A stretch of DNA of 63,794 nt, counting the filler, from Octopus bimaculoides (taxonomy: Eukaryota): the NCBI RefSeq assembly GCF_001194135.2. It is 6 parts of 5 records of this genome, joined end to end, with 100 filler letters (N's around TTAATTAATTAA, not from the genome) between each part and the next. Parts side by side here need not be neighbours in the genome. Positions count along the whole stretch, not along the records: positions 44,502 to 61,946 come from NC_068983.1; 5 more parts are not named here. The stretch is one strand, 5' to 3'. The position numbers and the translations under genes are program-made. The notes beneath the pieces are model-generated. The model saw only the letters and a list, made by a program, of their open reading frames with translations, was not told the origin of the DNA and did not search any database. Every line of letters starts with the position of its first letter. Within the stretch, counting starts at the first letter, position 1. This document shows, piece after piece, positions 48,683 to 61,366 of the stretch.

Positions 48683-48925
48683 ATATATTTATGTATGTGT
48701 GTGTTTTGTGTTTGTATTTGTCCTCCATCACTGTTTGCCAACTGGTATTGGATCAATCACATGCCTGTAACTTAGCACTTTAGCAAAAGAGACTGACAGA
48801 ATAATTACCAGGCATAGAAAGAGAAAGAAAAAAGTGCTGGTGATGATTCGTTTGACTAAGACCCTTCAAAGCAGTGCTCAATCATAGCTGCTATCCTATG
48901 ACTAAAACAAGTGAAAGCTAAATGA
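48395..48925 (+). mobile_element. Diverged full-length SINE-C with a triplicated ~34-bp CORE segment and internal (GT)n
   Basis: Three tandem atgtcttct...gccctgggc units; standard 3' half. Confidence 0.8.
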
Positions 48926-49149
48926 TTAAAGAATGATGACAATGACATAATTCAAAATGGGGAAAGTCTAAAGTAAATATTGTAACTTAATTGATATGCA
49001 CTGCTCCAGTATGGCCTGTGCCATAAGACTTAAAACAAATTTAAGATACATTCTTTTACTTATTTCTGTCACTGGCCTGCAGCCATACTGAAGCAATACT
49101 TTCTAGGATTAGTTGACAAAATTGACCCTAGGACTTACTTTTTTACATC

Positions 49150-50743
49150 TGGTTCCCCAATCCCTTGTCTGGTGGTCAATGTGGAAACTAGGGATAGACA
49201 AGTGGTTGATGAGAGGAGTACAAGCCTTGTAAAGAGATGCTACCAGAAAGATGAGGGTGGGCAATGAGTACAGTGAGGAATTCAGGTTACAAGTAGGGGT
49301 TCACCAAGGATCGGTGCTCAGCCCCCACTTCTTCATCATTGTCCTCCAGGCAATAACCAAGGAATTCAAGAAAGGCTGCACCTGGGAGCTCCTCTATGCT
49401 GACGAGCTTGCTCTTATTGCTGAATCACTACCAGAACTAGAGAAGTTCCAGGTATGGAAGCAAGGTCTAGAATAAAAAGGCCTTAGAGTTAACCTAACAA
49501 AAACCAAAGTCTTAGTAAGTAGGAAGGCAGACAAATCACAAATTCCTTCAGGTAGATGGCCCTGCTCAGTCTGTAGAGAAGGCATAGGTAGAAACTCCAT
49601 AAGATGCACCCAGTGTAAACTTAGGACACATAAAAGGTGCAGCAACATCAGAGAAAAGTTAACAGGAAAACTAGCTTGTGTATGTGGAAGATGCACAGGT
49701 ACAATAAACGCTAAAAATGTGCAGAAAATAGATCCCATCGACTGTCAGGGAGACAAGCTAGAGCTAGTAGATAGCTTCCATTATCTAGGTGACCAAGTTA
49801 GGAGTGGACGTGAATGCTCCGATAGCGTAGCTGTGAGAATAAGATTAGGCTGAGCAAAGTTCAGAGATCTCCTACTCCTGCTGGCAACATAGGGCCTCTC
49901 TCTCAGAGGGAAAGGCAGATTGTTTGATGCTTGTCTGCGAACAACTACGATGCATGGCAGTGGAACATGGGCTATAACAGCCGAGAGCATGCTTAGGCTT
50001 GAAAGAAACAGAGCCAGTATGCTTCACTGGATGTGCAATGTCAGTGTGCTTGTTCGACAGAGTGTAAGTATCTTGAGAGAAAAGTTAGGCATAAGAGGAA
50101 TCGGATGTGGTGTTCAAGAGAGATGATTGCACAGGTATGGTCATGTGATGTGTATGGATGAGGACAGCTGTGTAAAAAGTGCCGATATCTAACTGTGGAG
50201 GGAACCTGTGGTAAAGGTAGACCCAGGAACATATGGGACGAGGTGGTGAAGCATGATCTTTGAACCTAATACAGGTAATGACTAGTGACTGAGACCTTTG
50301 GCAATGTGCTGTGCTTGAAAGGACCTGTCAAGCCAAGTGCATCCGTGCTGGTGGCATGTAAAGAACATTTATTGAGCATTGGGCCTCATGGAGGCAGAGT
50401 GGCTGAGTTCCTTTTGAGAGATGGGCCTCACGGAGGCAATGACCATGACCTTTGGCATTATGTCATACTTGATCACAGTCATGACAAATACTGGTTTCAC
50501 ACAAATTGGTACTGGTGGCATGTAAATGCACACTTGTGTCATGCAAATCGCACCCATGCTGGTGGCATGCAAAATCACCCATTACACTCTCAGAGTGGTT
50601 GGCATTAGGAAGGGCATCCAGCAGTAGAAAGCCATGCCAAATCAGACTGGAGTCTGGTGTAGCCTTTCAGCATGCCAGCCCAGTCAAACCGTCCAACCCA
50701 TGCTGGCATGGACAATGGACGTTAAATGACGATAAATGATGAT
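49150..50743 (+). mobile_element. 5'-truncated RTE-clade LINE (RT with inserted PHD-like finger, thumb, 3' UTR with (GAT)n tail)
   Basis: VGVHQGSVLSP...WELLYADE...GLRVNLTKTK...[C4HC3]...DSFHYLGD...RIRLG*AKFR...LRLERN..SMLHWMC...YGHVMCM...GRPRNIW; in-frame stops. Confidence 0.92.
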
Positions 50744-50757
50744 AGTACTTAATCTCT

Positions 50758-50759
<2 letters not shown>

Positions 50760-50805
<46 letters not shown>

Positions 50806-51432
50806 GTTTAACGTCTGCTTTCCATGCTAGCATGGGTTGGACGATTTGACTGAGGACTGGTGAAACCGGATGGCAACACCAGGCTCCAATCTGATTTGGC
50901 AGAGTTTCTACAGCTGGATGCCCTTCCTAACACCAACCACTCAGAGAGTGTAGTGGGTGCTTTTACGTGTTACCCGCACGAAGGCCAGTCAGGCGCTACT
51001 GGCAACGGCCACACTCAAAATGGTGTATTTTATGTGCCACCCACACAAGAGCCAGTCTAGGGGCACTGGCGACGATCTCGCTCAANNNNNNNNNNTTTGG
51101 CAGAGTTTCTACAGCTGGATGCCCTTCCTAACACCAACCACTCAGAGAGTGTAGTGGGTGCTTTTACGTGTTACCCGCACGAAGGCCAGTCAGGCGCTAC
51201 TGGCAACGGCCACACTCAAAATGGTGTATTTTATGTGCCACCCACACAAGAGCCAGTCTAGGGGCACTGGCAACGATCTCGCTCAAAAATCCTACGAAGG
51301 CCAGTCAGGCGGTACTGGCAATGGCCACACTCAAAATGGTGTATTTTATGTGCCACCTGCACAAGAGCCAGTCCAGGGGCACTGGCAACGATCTCGCTCG
51401 AAAATCCTACGAAGGCCAGTCAGGCAGTACTA
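50760..51432 (-). mobile_element. Non-autonomous element with the RTE 3' tail, plus a 115-bp tandem repeat
   Basis: (ATC)n then RC of the RTE 3' UTR; GAAGGCCAGTCAGGC units start at 51181, 51296 and 51411; 50905-51085 is duplicated across an N10 gap. Confidence 0.85.
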
Positions 51433-51923
51433 GTGAGTTAAAGGGATGTAAAGAAACCAACAGGATGTAAACAAACCAACTCACAAGGCATTGGCTAGCC
51501 CAAGGCTTTAGTTGAAGACACTTATTCCAGATGTCATGAAGATTTAGTAACAATTTTTTTTCCCTCTTATTATTTTTTTTTTTTGCTTTCACAGTTGAAA
51601 TCTCTTACTGGTGTTTGATTTTGCTTGATCACCTTCACTCCGAGATTGATAAAATAGGTACCAGATTTCTATTGCTTCTCAATGAAGGGATTTGATACTT
51701 GCAAATGACTGCTGTATCCCACTAAAAATCACTCTTTGCTGTTACTATATAGAACTCCTTGGATAATGCAGTCTAAGGACACTATTCTTGAACATGTGTC
51801 TGGAATGCATGATATGGCTTGAATGTATCTGAATATGGTTCTGTACAGTCAGAGCTGACCTGGAGTTAAAAAGCAACAAACAGATCTTAAACATGCACTT
51901 ATGTAATTAAATAAATTTAGTTA

Positions 51924-52294
51924 GTTGGCATTCCATCGCTTATGACGTCAAGGGTTCCAGTTGATCCGACCAATGGAACAGCCTGCTCATGAAATTAATG
52001 TGCAAGTGGCTGAGCACTCCACAGACACATGTACCCTTAACGTAGTTCTCGGGGATATCCAGCGTGACACAGTGTGACAAGGCTGACCCTTTGAATTACA
52101 GGCACAACAGAAACAGGAAGAGAAAGTTGAGGTGAAAGAGTACAGCAGGGTTCGCCACCATCCCCTGCCGGAGTCTCATGGAGCTTTAGGTGTTTTCGCT
52201 CAATAAACACTCACAACGCCCAGTCTGGGAATTGAAACTGCGATCCTACGACCGTGAGTCCGCTGCCCTAACCACTGGGCCATTGTGCCTCCAC
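51924..52294 (-). mobile_element. Full-length tRNA-derived SINE
   Basis: Minus strand: GTGGAGGCACAATGGCCCAGTGGTTAGGGCAGCGGACTC...GTTTCAATTCCC (A and B boxes), then body and tail. Confidence 0.88.
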
Positions 52295-53122
52295 AATTAA
52301 ATAAATAAATAATAAATAAATAAATAACAGAAAAAATAAAATTTATATAAAATTTTGTTCAGTTGTTCACTGTTCAGATCTCACTGGATCACTTTCATCT
52401 TTCATTAATCTGATATAACACCGCACCTAAGCCCCATTTCTAATAATGGTAAATTCACTTTAGCAGAACTCGATACTTGACTGGCCTTTATTTCATCAGA
52501 AATAAGGTGTAGGATATCACTAAACAAAAAGATGCCTCACAACACACCACAAGGCATTCCATCCGATGCTCTACCGATTCCACTTACACACCATCATTTG
52601 ATGTTGATAATATTAACACTAATAACTGAATTAGCTGTGTTGATTCTAATCACTCCCCAACAAAATTTGGTCTTAAGCATAGTTGACTTTGGAGTGAAAA
52701 CTGCCAACATTGTAGGTTTCTAAAGTTAGACACATTTATATTAATTAGTCTTAATTAATTCAGTTCTAGTTAACTCTCAGGAACACTCAAACAATGACTC
52801 ACAGGAATGTATTCCCAGGATTCTGTTGTTTTTATGGGAGAATAAGAACAAGGTGAAGGAAACAAGTAGATATGAAGAAACAAAAAATGAAAAAGAAAAG
52901 GCAAAAAAGCATTTTGACATTAATGTTCTTTGCAATTAGTGAGCAATATTTCTCTCTTTGTCCGACTTGATTGATCAATTTAAACCAAAATCCACGTAAA
53001 CTTCATATGCAGTATATATACACACCCACTCAAAAAATGCCCATATGTCAGTTCTTTATTCATGTAACGTGTTTTTGTTCTAATATATAAAAGAAGGCAT
53101 TTATAAGGGTGTGAGTGTATAC

Positions 53123-53173
<51 letters not shown>

Positions 53174-53294
53174 NNNNNNNNNNNNNNNNNNNNNNNNNNN
53201 NNNNNNNNNNNNNNNNNNNNNNNNNNNNNNNNNNNNNNNNNNNNNNNNNNNNNNNNNNNNNNNNNNNNNNNNNNNNNNNNNNNNNNNNNNNNNG

Positions 53295-53850
53295 AGCTTT
53301 CATCTGGGCACCATGTGCATTCTGAACTCGAGCTGTGTCTTGGAGGAGGGGAACTCTTTTGGTCAGCATCCCATGCCTCGATAGTACCCTGCAATTTCCG
53401 CAGCTGAGAAGCATAATATTCCCCTTAATTGTGGTGCCCTTTGCCAGAAAATTCATCATTACTACTGCGCTGGCCCCAAAAGACTGTGAGCTTCATCTTG
53501 CCTGCTGAGGGTTGGACACAAGCCTTCTTTGGAGGTGGTGAATTATCATGCTTCCAATGCTTTGCCCTGACTTTAGTCTCAGGATCGTAGTGATAGACCC
53601 ATGTTTCATCCTATGTGATAAGTCTGCCAGAAAAGTCCTCCTCGTTTTCTTGGCATATTGCCAAAAGAGCCTAGGAGCAATTGACTCATTTCTGCTTCTG
53701 AAAGAGTTTGAGCATCCAGGGAATTCACCTTGCAGACAAATTCGGCATGTACAAATGGTCGTGAATGATTTTTTCCATGGACCCTACCTTTATTTTCACT
53801 TCTTGGACTAGTTAACTGAATAGTTAACTGGCAATCCTCCAAAATGAATT
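53295..53850 (-). mobile_element. Decayed mariner transposase fragment
   Basis: LSAR*IPWML...DETWVYHYDPETK...SPPPKKACVQPSAGKMKLTVFW. Confidence 0.88.
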
Positions 53851-54206
53851 GATGACTGTATATTTGTAACAAATAAACATATTTTAAAAGAATTTTTACT
53901 ATAAAATAATGTACTGTAATTAAATAATTAATAATTAGTTTTTAATGAGTGAAAATTTTTATTGTAATATGTTTTTAATATGTACATATTTTAATACAGA
54001 AAAAGAATAATAAACATCAATATGAAATTGCAAAAAATCATAACCCTTTTATGCTTAATATTTTTAGATAAGATTTTCTCCAAAATATTCAGCTTGATGA
54101 ATTCTTTCATTTGATTCGTTAAAAAAAAGTTAGAATCAAATTTTAATTATTTTATTATCAAAATGTAGCTTGAGACTGGACCATCATTGCTAAAACAAAA
54201 AATAGC

Positions 54207-54247
<41 letters not shown>

Positions 54248-54670
54248 AAACATATGCATATATATATATATGATGTCACTAGCAGTAAATAACATGAAAT
54301 ATGAAAACAAATGTGTTCAATACGCAAACGAGAGAAACAAATAAAAACAGGACAAGTAACACAAAGAACGACCCTTCATCATTATAATTAGGCACATAAC
54401 GTTATGCAAGATTATATAATGTTATATAATATCATGTTTTATATAATAAATGCCACTTCTTCAGGTAATACTTGCTTAGATGTTGTTTCTTAGGTGATAA
54501 GCTACCAACAGAAGTATAGCAGCATTTGACATTTCAGGGGAAAGATAATGTAAATATTATAGATTGATTTGAGGGATTTAGAAATGATGTAAGAGTATAT
54601 AGGACTACTAATAAATGTAATCCTTTAAGTTTGCATGCTAAACAGATTCATTTTGTGCATTAATCAATGA

Positions 54671-54842
54671 GCACCCACTACACTCTTGGAGTGGTTGGTG
54701 TTAGGAAGGGCATCCAGCTGTAGAAACTTTGCCAGATAAGATTGGAGCCTGCCAGTCCTCAGTCAAACCTTCCAACCTATGCCAGTATGGAAAGTGGATG
54801 TTAAACGATGATGATAATGATGATGATGATGAGTATGATGAA

Positions 54843-54875
<33 letters not shown>

Positions 54876-55292
54876 GAGGGAATTGGTTATAAATTAGTTC
54901 TGTTTCCTGGAAGTGAATGAGGGAGAGAAGATGATAGATTGCCATAGATAAAGATCAGCAATGGCATTGGATCTTCCTTAACAATAATAGCCATTAATGG
55001 CTTTGTAACAGACATAAACCAGAAGAAAAGGTGCCAGACTGAATTATCTAGACTATTGTTTGCATGTTTATATGAGGGGATATTTATACAATAATTTCAT
55101 AATATTTTAATGTCCATGGATGTTATTAGGTCGGCAAATAATGTATGTAGTAGGGCAGTGTGAAACCATGCATGTATTCATGCGCACACACACACATTTA
55201 AAAATGCACACACACATGTGCATGCACACACACACATGTGCATGCACACACACACACATGTGCATGCACACACACACACACGCACACACACA

Positions 55293-55336
<44 letters not shown>

Positions 55337-55715
55337 ATATAGAGATCAAGTTAGAAGATTTCGTTTCATTTTCCTTGGAGCCTGGTGCAGCCATCTGGCT
55401 CGCCACTCCTCAGACGAACCGTCCAATCCATGCCAGCATGGAAAGTGGAGGTTAAATGATGATGGTAATGATGATGATGATGATGAAGTAACTAAGCAAA
55501 ATTTTTAAATTTTAGAAGAATAGAAGAGAAAATTAATTGTTTACCCTGGCGTGAACCACTATATTTAATTACTACAGGGCATCCAGCTGTAGAAACTCTG
55601 CCAAATTAGATTGGAGCCTGGTGTTGCCATCCGGTTTCATCAGTCCTCAGTCAAATCGTCCAACCCATGCTAGCATGGAAAGCGGACGTTAAACGATGAT
55701 GATGATGATGATGAT
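54671..55715 (+). mobile_element. Three RTE-tail copies ending in (GAT)n (54671-54873, 55375-55485, 55576-55715)
   Basis: aagggcatccagctgtagaaac...gattggagcctg...ccaacccatgc.agcatggaaag.ggacgttaaacgatgatgat. Confidence 0.85.
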
Positions 55716-56256
55716 ATTACATTTAATGAATTTAGAAAGAATAATCTTATCACTTGTCTTAATTTAAATATCCATTACAAATTTGTTAAACATTTCCCCA
55801 TGCTCTTTATCTTCTTCTAAATCCAATCTTAATTCATTCAAGTGTATCTTATAAGTGATTAATTTTCTCTTCTATCTTGATAAATTAAAAAAATTTCCTT
55901 AACTATTTCTTATCATTGAATGATACTATATAAGTATGTTATTCTTTCACTGAAATATCATATACTGCCATAATTCTGTTGATGGCATATCACCTAAAAT
56001 GTATCTAATGGGGTAGTATCTGTAGAAGTTGAAACACTATTACATGATGTTATATAATCTTGCATATTGTTACATGCCTAGATATGGAGTTGTACCCAAA
56101 ACATTTGCTTGGTTCATTATTTTTTAACATACATACATACATACATGCATTATGTATATATATATATATTTAATTAGAGGATATGTTAACTTTGTAAGGG
56201 GATGGTTACATCCAAGGAAATGGTACTGTTGGGGAATGAAATTCCCTTAAAACAAT

Positions 56257-56345
56257 GGGAGTAGCTGTGTGGTAAGTAACTTGCTTACCAACCACATGGT
56301 TCCAGGTTCAGTCCCACTGCGTGGTACCTTGGTCAAGTGTCTTCA
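56257..56345 (+). mobile_element. SINE-C head
   Basis: gtagctgtgtggtaagtaacttgcttaccaaccacatggttccaggttcagtcccactgcgtggtaccttggtcaagtgtctt. Confidence 0.85.
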
Positions 56346-57125
56346 TTATTCACGGGTGCGCTAGGAATGTAACCCTCATGAATAAGGGGGTGACTACTGT
56401 ATACCTATATAATGAACATAACATATACATTTATTTAACATACATATATATATANNNNNNNNNNNNNNNNNNNNNNNNNNNNNNNNNNNNNNNNNNNNNN
56501 NNNNNNNNNNNNNNNNNNNNNNNNNNNNNNNNNNNNNNNNNNNNNNNNNNNNNNNNNNNNNNNNNNNNNNNNNNNNNNNNNNNNNNNNNNNNNNNNNNNN
56601 NNNNNNNNNNNNNNNNNNNNNNNNNNNNNNNNNNNNNNNNNNNNNNNNNNNNNNNNNNNNNNNNNNNNNNNNNNNNNNNNNNNNNNNNNNNNNNNNNNNN
56701 NNNNNNNNNNNNNNNNNNNNNNNNNNNNNNNNNNNNNNNNNNNNNNNNNNNNNNNNNNNNNNNNNNNNNNNNNNNNNNNNNNNNNNNNNNNNNNNNNNNN
56801 NNNNNNNNNNNNNNNNNNNNNNNNNNNNNNNNNNNNNNNNNNNNNNNNNNNNNNNNNNNNNNNNNNNNNNNNNNNNNNNNNNNNNNNNNNNNNNNNNNNN
56901 NNNNNNNNNNNNNNNNNNNNNNNNNNNNNNNNNNNNNNNNNNNNNNNNNNNNNNNNNNNNNNNNNNNNNNNNNNNNNNNNNNNNNNNNNNNNNNNNNNNN
57001 NNNNNNNNNNNNNNNNNNNNNNNNNNNNNNNNNNNNNNNNNNNNNNNNNNNNNNNNNNNNNNNNNNNNNNNNNNNNNNNNNNNNNNNNNNNNNNNNNNNN
57101 NNNNNNNNNNNNNNNNNNNNNNNNN

Positions 57126-57176
<51 letters not shown>

Positions 57177-58287
57177 TATACATATACTTAGATATAAATA
57201 TATACTTGGATAGATTTTGATTAGTATGCACATAAGCCTTTTCAGCAGTATTGTACAGTGAAATCTCTTGTATTGAGTATGTGAATGTATGTGAAAGAAA
57301 GGTTACTAGAACATCTCTCAAGTAGGGAGCTGTTATTGGCTGACTCATGTAAGTGTCATTGAGATACATATTGAAATATCTCTTGAAGAGTTTTGTCCAG
57401 GTACTGTTTGAATGTTAAGCTGTTGTTTTCTTTTATAATTTATTTCGTGATATTGTTGAAGAGAGCTGAATCAACCAAGGTTAAAATATTGTGTTACAAA
57501 GTAGTAATGGAATATGAACTTGATTTTTGTGATGAGATTATGGCACAAGCATATTATGGCCTTAGGTGATTTATGATCTTCATCCTTACAACATTTATGG
57601 CAAGACCGATGTAATATTTTCCACATTATTCAAATGATTAGTGTTAGTGAAAATAAATGTGGTTTCAGTAATTAAGGCCTATATCATTTACATGTTTATT
57701 TATTTCAACTATTCAACTACTGCAGTTCTCATAATATTTTCTTTGGAATGAGGAGACCACAGCAAGTATAAGATTCAATGTATAAAGGTAGGAAATTGAA
57801 GGATGACAGCAACTACTTGTTCTCTAAGAATCCATGAACACATTTTGGGAGTCATACCAAATTTATTGTTGAAATGGGAACCCCTAGTTTAAGTTCTTGG
57901 TTACAGTTATGCTAAAGTTTGTGAAATTATTTGATACCATAAAAGGTTCTCTGGTGAAAAACAGAACATCACTGTTTAAGCAGATTTATTTTTCCTCTCC
58001 TTTTCTCAGTGTATATATGAACACACNNNNNNNNNNNNNNNNNNNNNNNNNNNNNNNNNNNNNNNNNNNNNNNNNNNNNNNNNNNNNNNNNNNNNNNNNN
58101 NNNNNNNNNNNNNNNNNNNNNNNNNNNNNNNNNNNNNNNNNNNNNNNNNNNNNNNNNNNNNNNNNNNNNNNNNNNNNNNNNNNNNNNNNNNNNNNGTATA
58201 TTCATTTAGTATTAGCTGTTGCAAAAAAGCATACTCAATACCATGGGAGAGATTGATAATATATTTCGGTTGAGCCAGCTTCTTTCT

Positions 58288-58480
58288 ACTCTACCTACCT
58301 ACCTACCTACCTACCTACCTACTACCTGCCTACCTACCTACCTACCTACTTACCTACCTATTTGCCTGTCTGCCCACCTACTGCCTACCTACCTGCCTAT
58401 GTACATATGTAGTATGTACGTACCTACCTATCTACCCGTGTATCTACCTACCTACTTATCTATATATCTATCTACACTTA
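58288..58480. repeat. Degenerate (CTAC)n/(CTAT)n microsatellite
   Basis: Direct reading. Confidence 0.9.
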
Positions 58481-58620
58481 CCTCTATATATACACAAATT
58501 TATATATGAATATGTGTGTATATATATATGTGCATAGGTAAATATATGCACACACAGATATACATATATATGCATGCATATAGATGTTTGTGTATATATA
58601 TACATGAACATGAATATATA

Positions 58621-59887
58621 TTAGGTTGTCTCACATGAAATGTCATATTTTAAATGGGTTTCTTATGAGTCATCTATAAATGGATTTTTAATGAGTTTCT
58701 AAGTATATTCTTGTGTTTACTCTTAACTCTTTTTCTTTCCAGACAATACTATTATTCAAAATTGCTACCTACAGCTCTTATAACAATGTTGAAACTGAAC
58801 AATACTGAGTGGTTTTCTTGTACAAATAAAGGTTGAGTCACTCTGCCACCGAAGGTCCTGGAAACATCAAGCAGGCTTTTGGTAACGGTTCTGTTGATGT
58901 TAGAACTGTTCAGAGATGGTTCCAGAAATTTCGTTCAGGAAATGAAAGTCTTAAAAATGAACCAAGAGGGAAACTAAAATGAGTTATTCTGCATGATGAA
59001 TTGAAAGCTTTGCTTAAATGAAATCTGAGGACAACAGTCTGAAAAATCAGATCAGAGCTCTAGACATCTCCTGCAGCTGCTTTTTGACAGCTGAAGAAAA
59101 TTGGACAAATCAAAAAGATGGATAGTTTTGTTCTCCATTAACTCAATGAGATTCAAAGAAACAGAAGCCTTACAGTGGGTTCCATGTTGATTTCTCAGTT
59201 GAAAAGAGAACTATTTTTGTATCGACTCATTATGTGTGATGAGAAATGGATACTCTTTGATAATAGCAGGAGGACAGGACAGTGGTTAGATGCAGGAGAG
59301 TCACCAAAACACTACCCGAAACCACCATTGTACCCTGAAAAGTTGATGGTCACTGTATGGTGGTCAACAAAGGGAGTTATTCACTATTGATTTTTGCAAC
59401 AAGAAAAAATTGTAACAGCAACATCCTATTGTCAGGAAATTGATTGTATGCATGAAAAATTAAAAAAAGAAGCAACCCTGATTAGTGAATAGAGATGGCC
59501 CAATTTTGCTTCATGATAATGCACAGCCTCACACTTCTCAAGCTTCAGTCAACAAGCTGCAAAGCCTGAATAATGAAATTTTGGTACATCCTCCTTATTC
59601 TCCTGATATCTTTCCTACTGATAATCACATATTTAAACACTTCGAGCTTATTATATGAAATAAAACATTCTTAAATAAAGAAGAGGTAATTGAAGCATTT
59701 GAACAGTCTATCAGTGTCAAAGATGACAAATTCTTTGAAGATGGAATATATGCCTTAGAGGAATGTTGGATGAAGGTCATAAATGAACAAGGATCATATT
59801 TTGATTAAATAAATAAAAATTCTAAAACTTAAAAACAATTTTAATGTTTCCTTTTTCAAATGCAACATTCCATGTGAGACAACCTAA
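58621..59887 (+). mobile_element. Full-length 1267-bp mariner transposon (inactive DD34D-type transposase ~58786-59808)
   Basis: TIRs TTAGGTTGTCTCACATG(A/G)AATG at both ends, TA flanks; RTVQRWFQKFRSG, CDEKW, LLHDNA.PH, HPPYSPDIFPTD motifs; many stops. Confidence 0.96.
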
Positions 59888-59894
59888 TATATAT

Positions 59895-60058
59895 AGGCGC
59901 ACGCACAGCTGTGTAGTAAGAAGCTTACTTCCCAACCACATGATTCCCAGTTCAATCCCGCTGTGTGGCACCTTGGGCAAGTGTCTTCTTCTATTAGCTT
60001 CTGGCTGACAAAAAGTCTTGTGAGTGGATTTGGTCGACAGAAACTGAAAGAAGCTTAT
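59895..60058 (+). mobile_element. SINE-C 5' half immediately after the mariner
   Basis: ggcgcacgcacagctgtgtagtaagaagcttacttcccaaccacatg...gttcaatcccgctgtgtggcaccttgggcaagtgtc. Confidence 0.85.
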
Positions 60059-60569
60059 TATATATATCATAGATAATGATGATATATATATGTATATATA
60101 TAATATAATATAGGATAAAATCTTAATAAGAATTTATCAAGTAGTCAGCGTGAAAAAAACCCCTATGGAAAAAAACCCATCGTTTTTTTCCATAAATATA
60201 TATAATTTATATAAGAGCATTACTATATAGTAATGCCTCACGCTTAGAGGGACTAAATAAGTCAAAAATACCAAAAAATAAGCACATATTTACCGAAAGT
60301 GAGGGAATGCAACTTTCAAANNNNNNNNNNNNNNNNNNNNNNNNNNNNNNNNNNNNNNNNNNNNNNNNNNNNNNNNNNNNNNNNNNNNNNNNNNNNNNNN
60401 NNNNNNNNNNNNNNNNNNNNGTCTCGTGAGACAATGGATCTGCACCCAAAATAATTCTCTTCATGACAAAATGGAGAAAAATATTTTGTTTATGTGTGTA
60501 TGTGATTGTGTGTGTATGTTTGTGTGTGTGTCTGTGTGTGTGTGTGTGTGTGTATGAGTGTGTGCATGT

Positions 60570-60643
<74 letters not shown>

Positions 60644-60849
60644 CCAATTGTTGTTATATTCTAAAAGTCTTCCCTTTCCACAGCATTCATGTTGTCCAAG
60701 GACGGGACAAGGATGAGTATGACATAGCTCTAGTGTTATGGCAAGTGTTATCATCTAAATACAAAATAAAAATAAAAATAAAATGACTGGAATTGGTATT
60801 GGAAGGTATGCTGTGTAATACTCTTACAGCTTATTCCAGCCATTTCTTC

Positions 60850-60985
60850 AAACAGTTACTTAGTATTTTTGACTCTGAAAGAATGAAAAGCGAAGTTGGT
60901 TTCTTTGCAGAATTTGAATTCAGAGTGCAGAGACCTGGTAAACATATCACAGGCTATTCTATCCAATATTTTAATGCTTCATGAA
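60850..60985 (-). mobile_element. Diverged SINE-B fragment
   Basis: gactctgaaagaatgaaaagcgaagt...gcagaatttgaattcagagtg. Confidence 0.55.
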
Positions 60986-61327
60986 TTCACCAGCATTTTT
61001 ATATGTAAAATTATTATGAAAGGTTTGTGGAGAAAAAACCCACAATAAAGTGCCAGATAAAATGCCCTCCTGTACATAGTTACATACCTTTATGACTGAC
61101 TATAAATTTGGTTGGGGTTAATATTGTCTTTCATCCTTCCAGTGTCTGTAAAATATGGACCATGCCAAAGAACATAATTAAAGGATCTGGTAACTCGTTT
61201 ATGCCGAACATTCTGTATTTAACTTTCTGGTGAAGTTAGACATTATGGTGTTGTTTAAGAAAGATTTTGCTGCTACTTCTAGCTGGTCAAGAAAGCTTGT
61301 AAGGGTTTTGTCAATATTGTCTTATCC

Positions 61328-61366
<39 letters not shown>

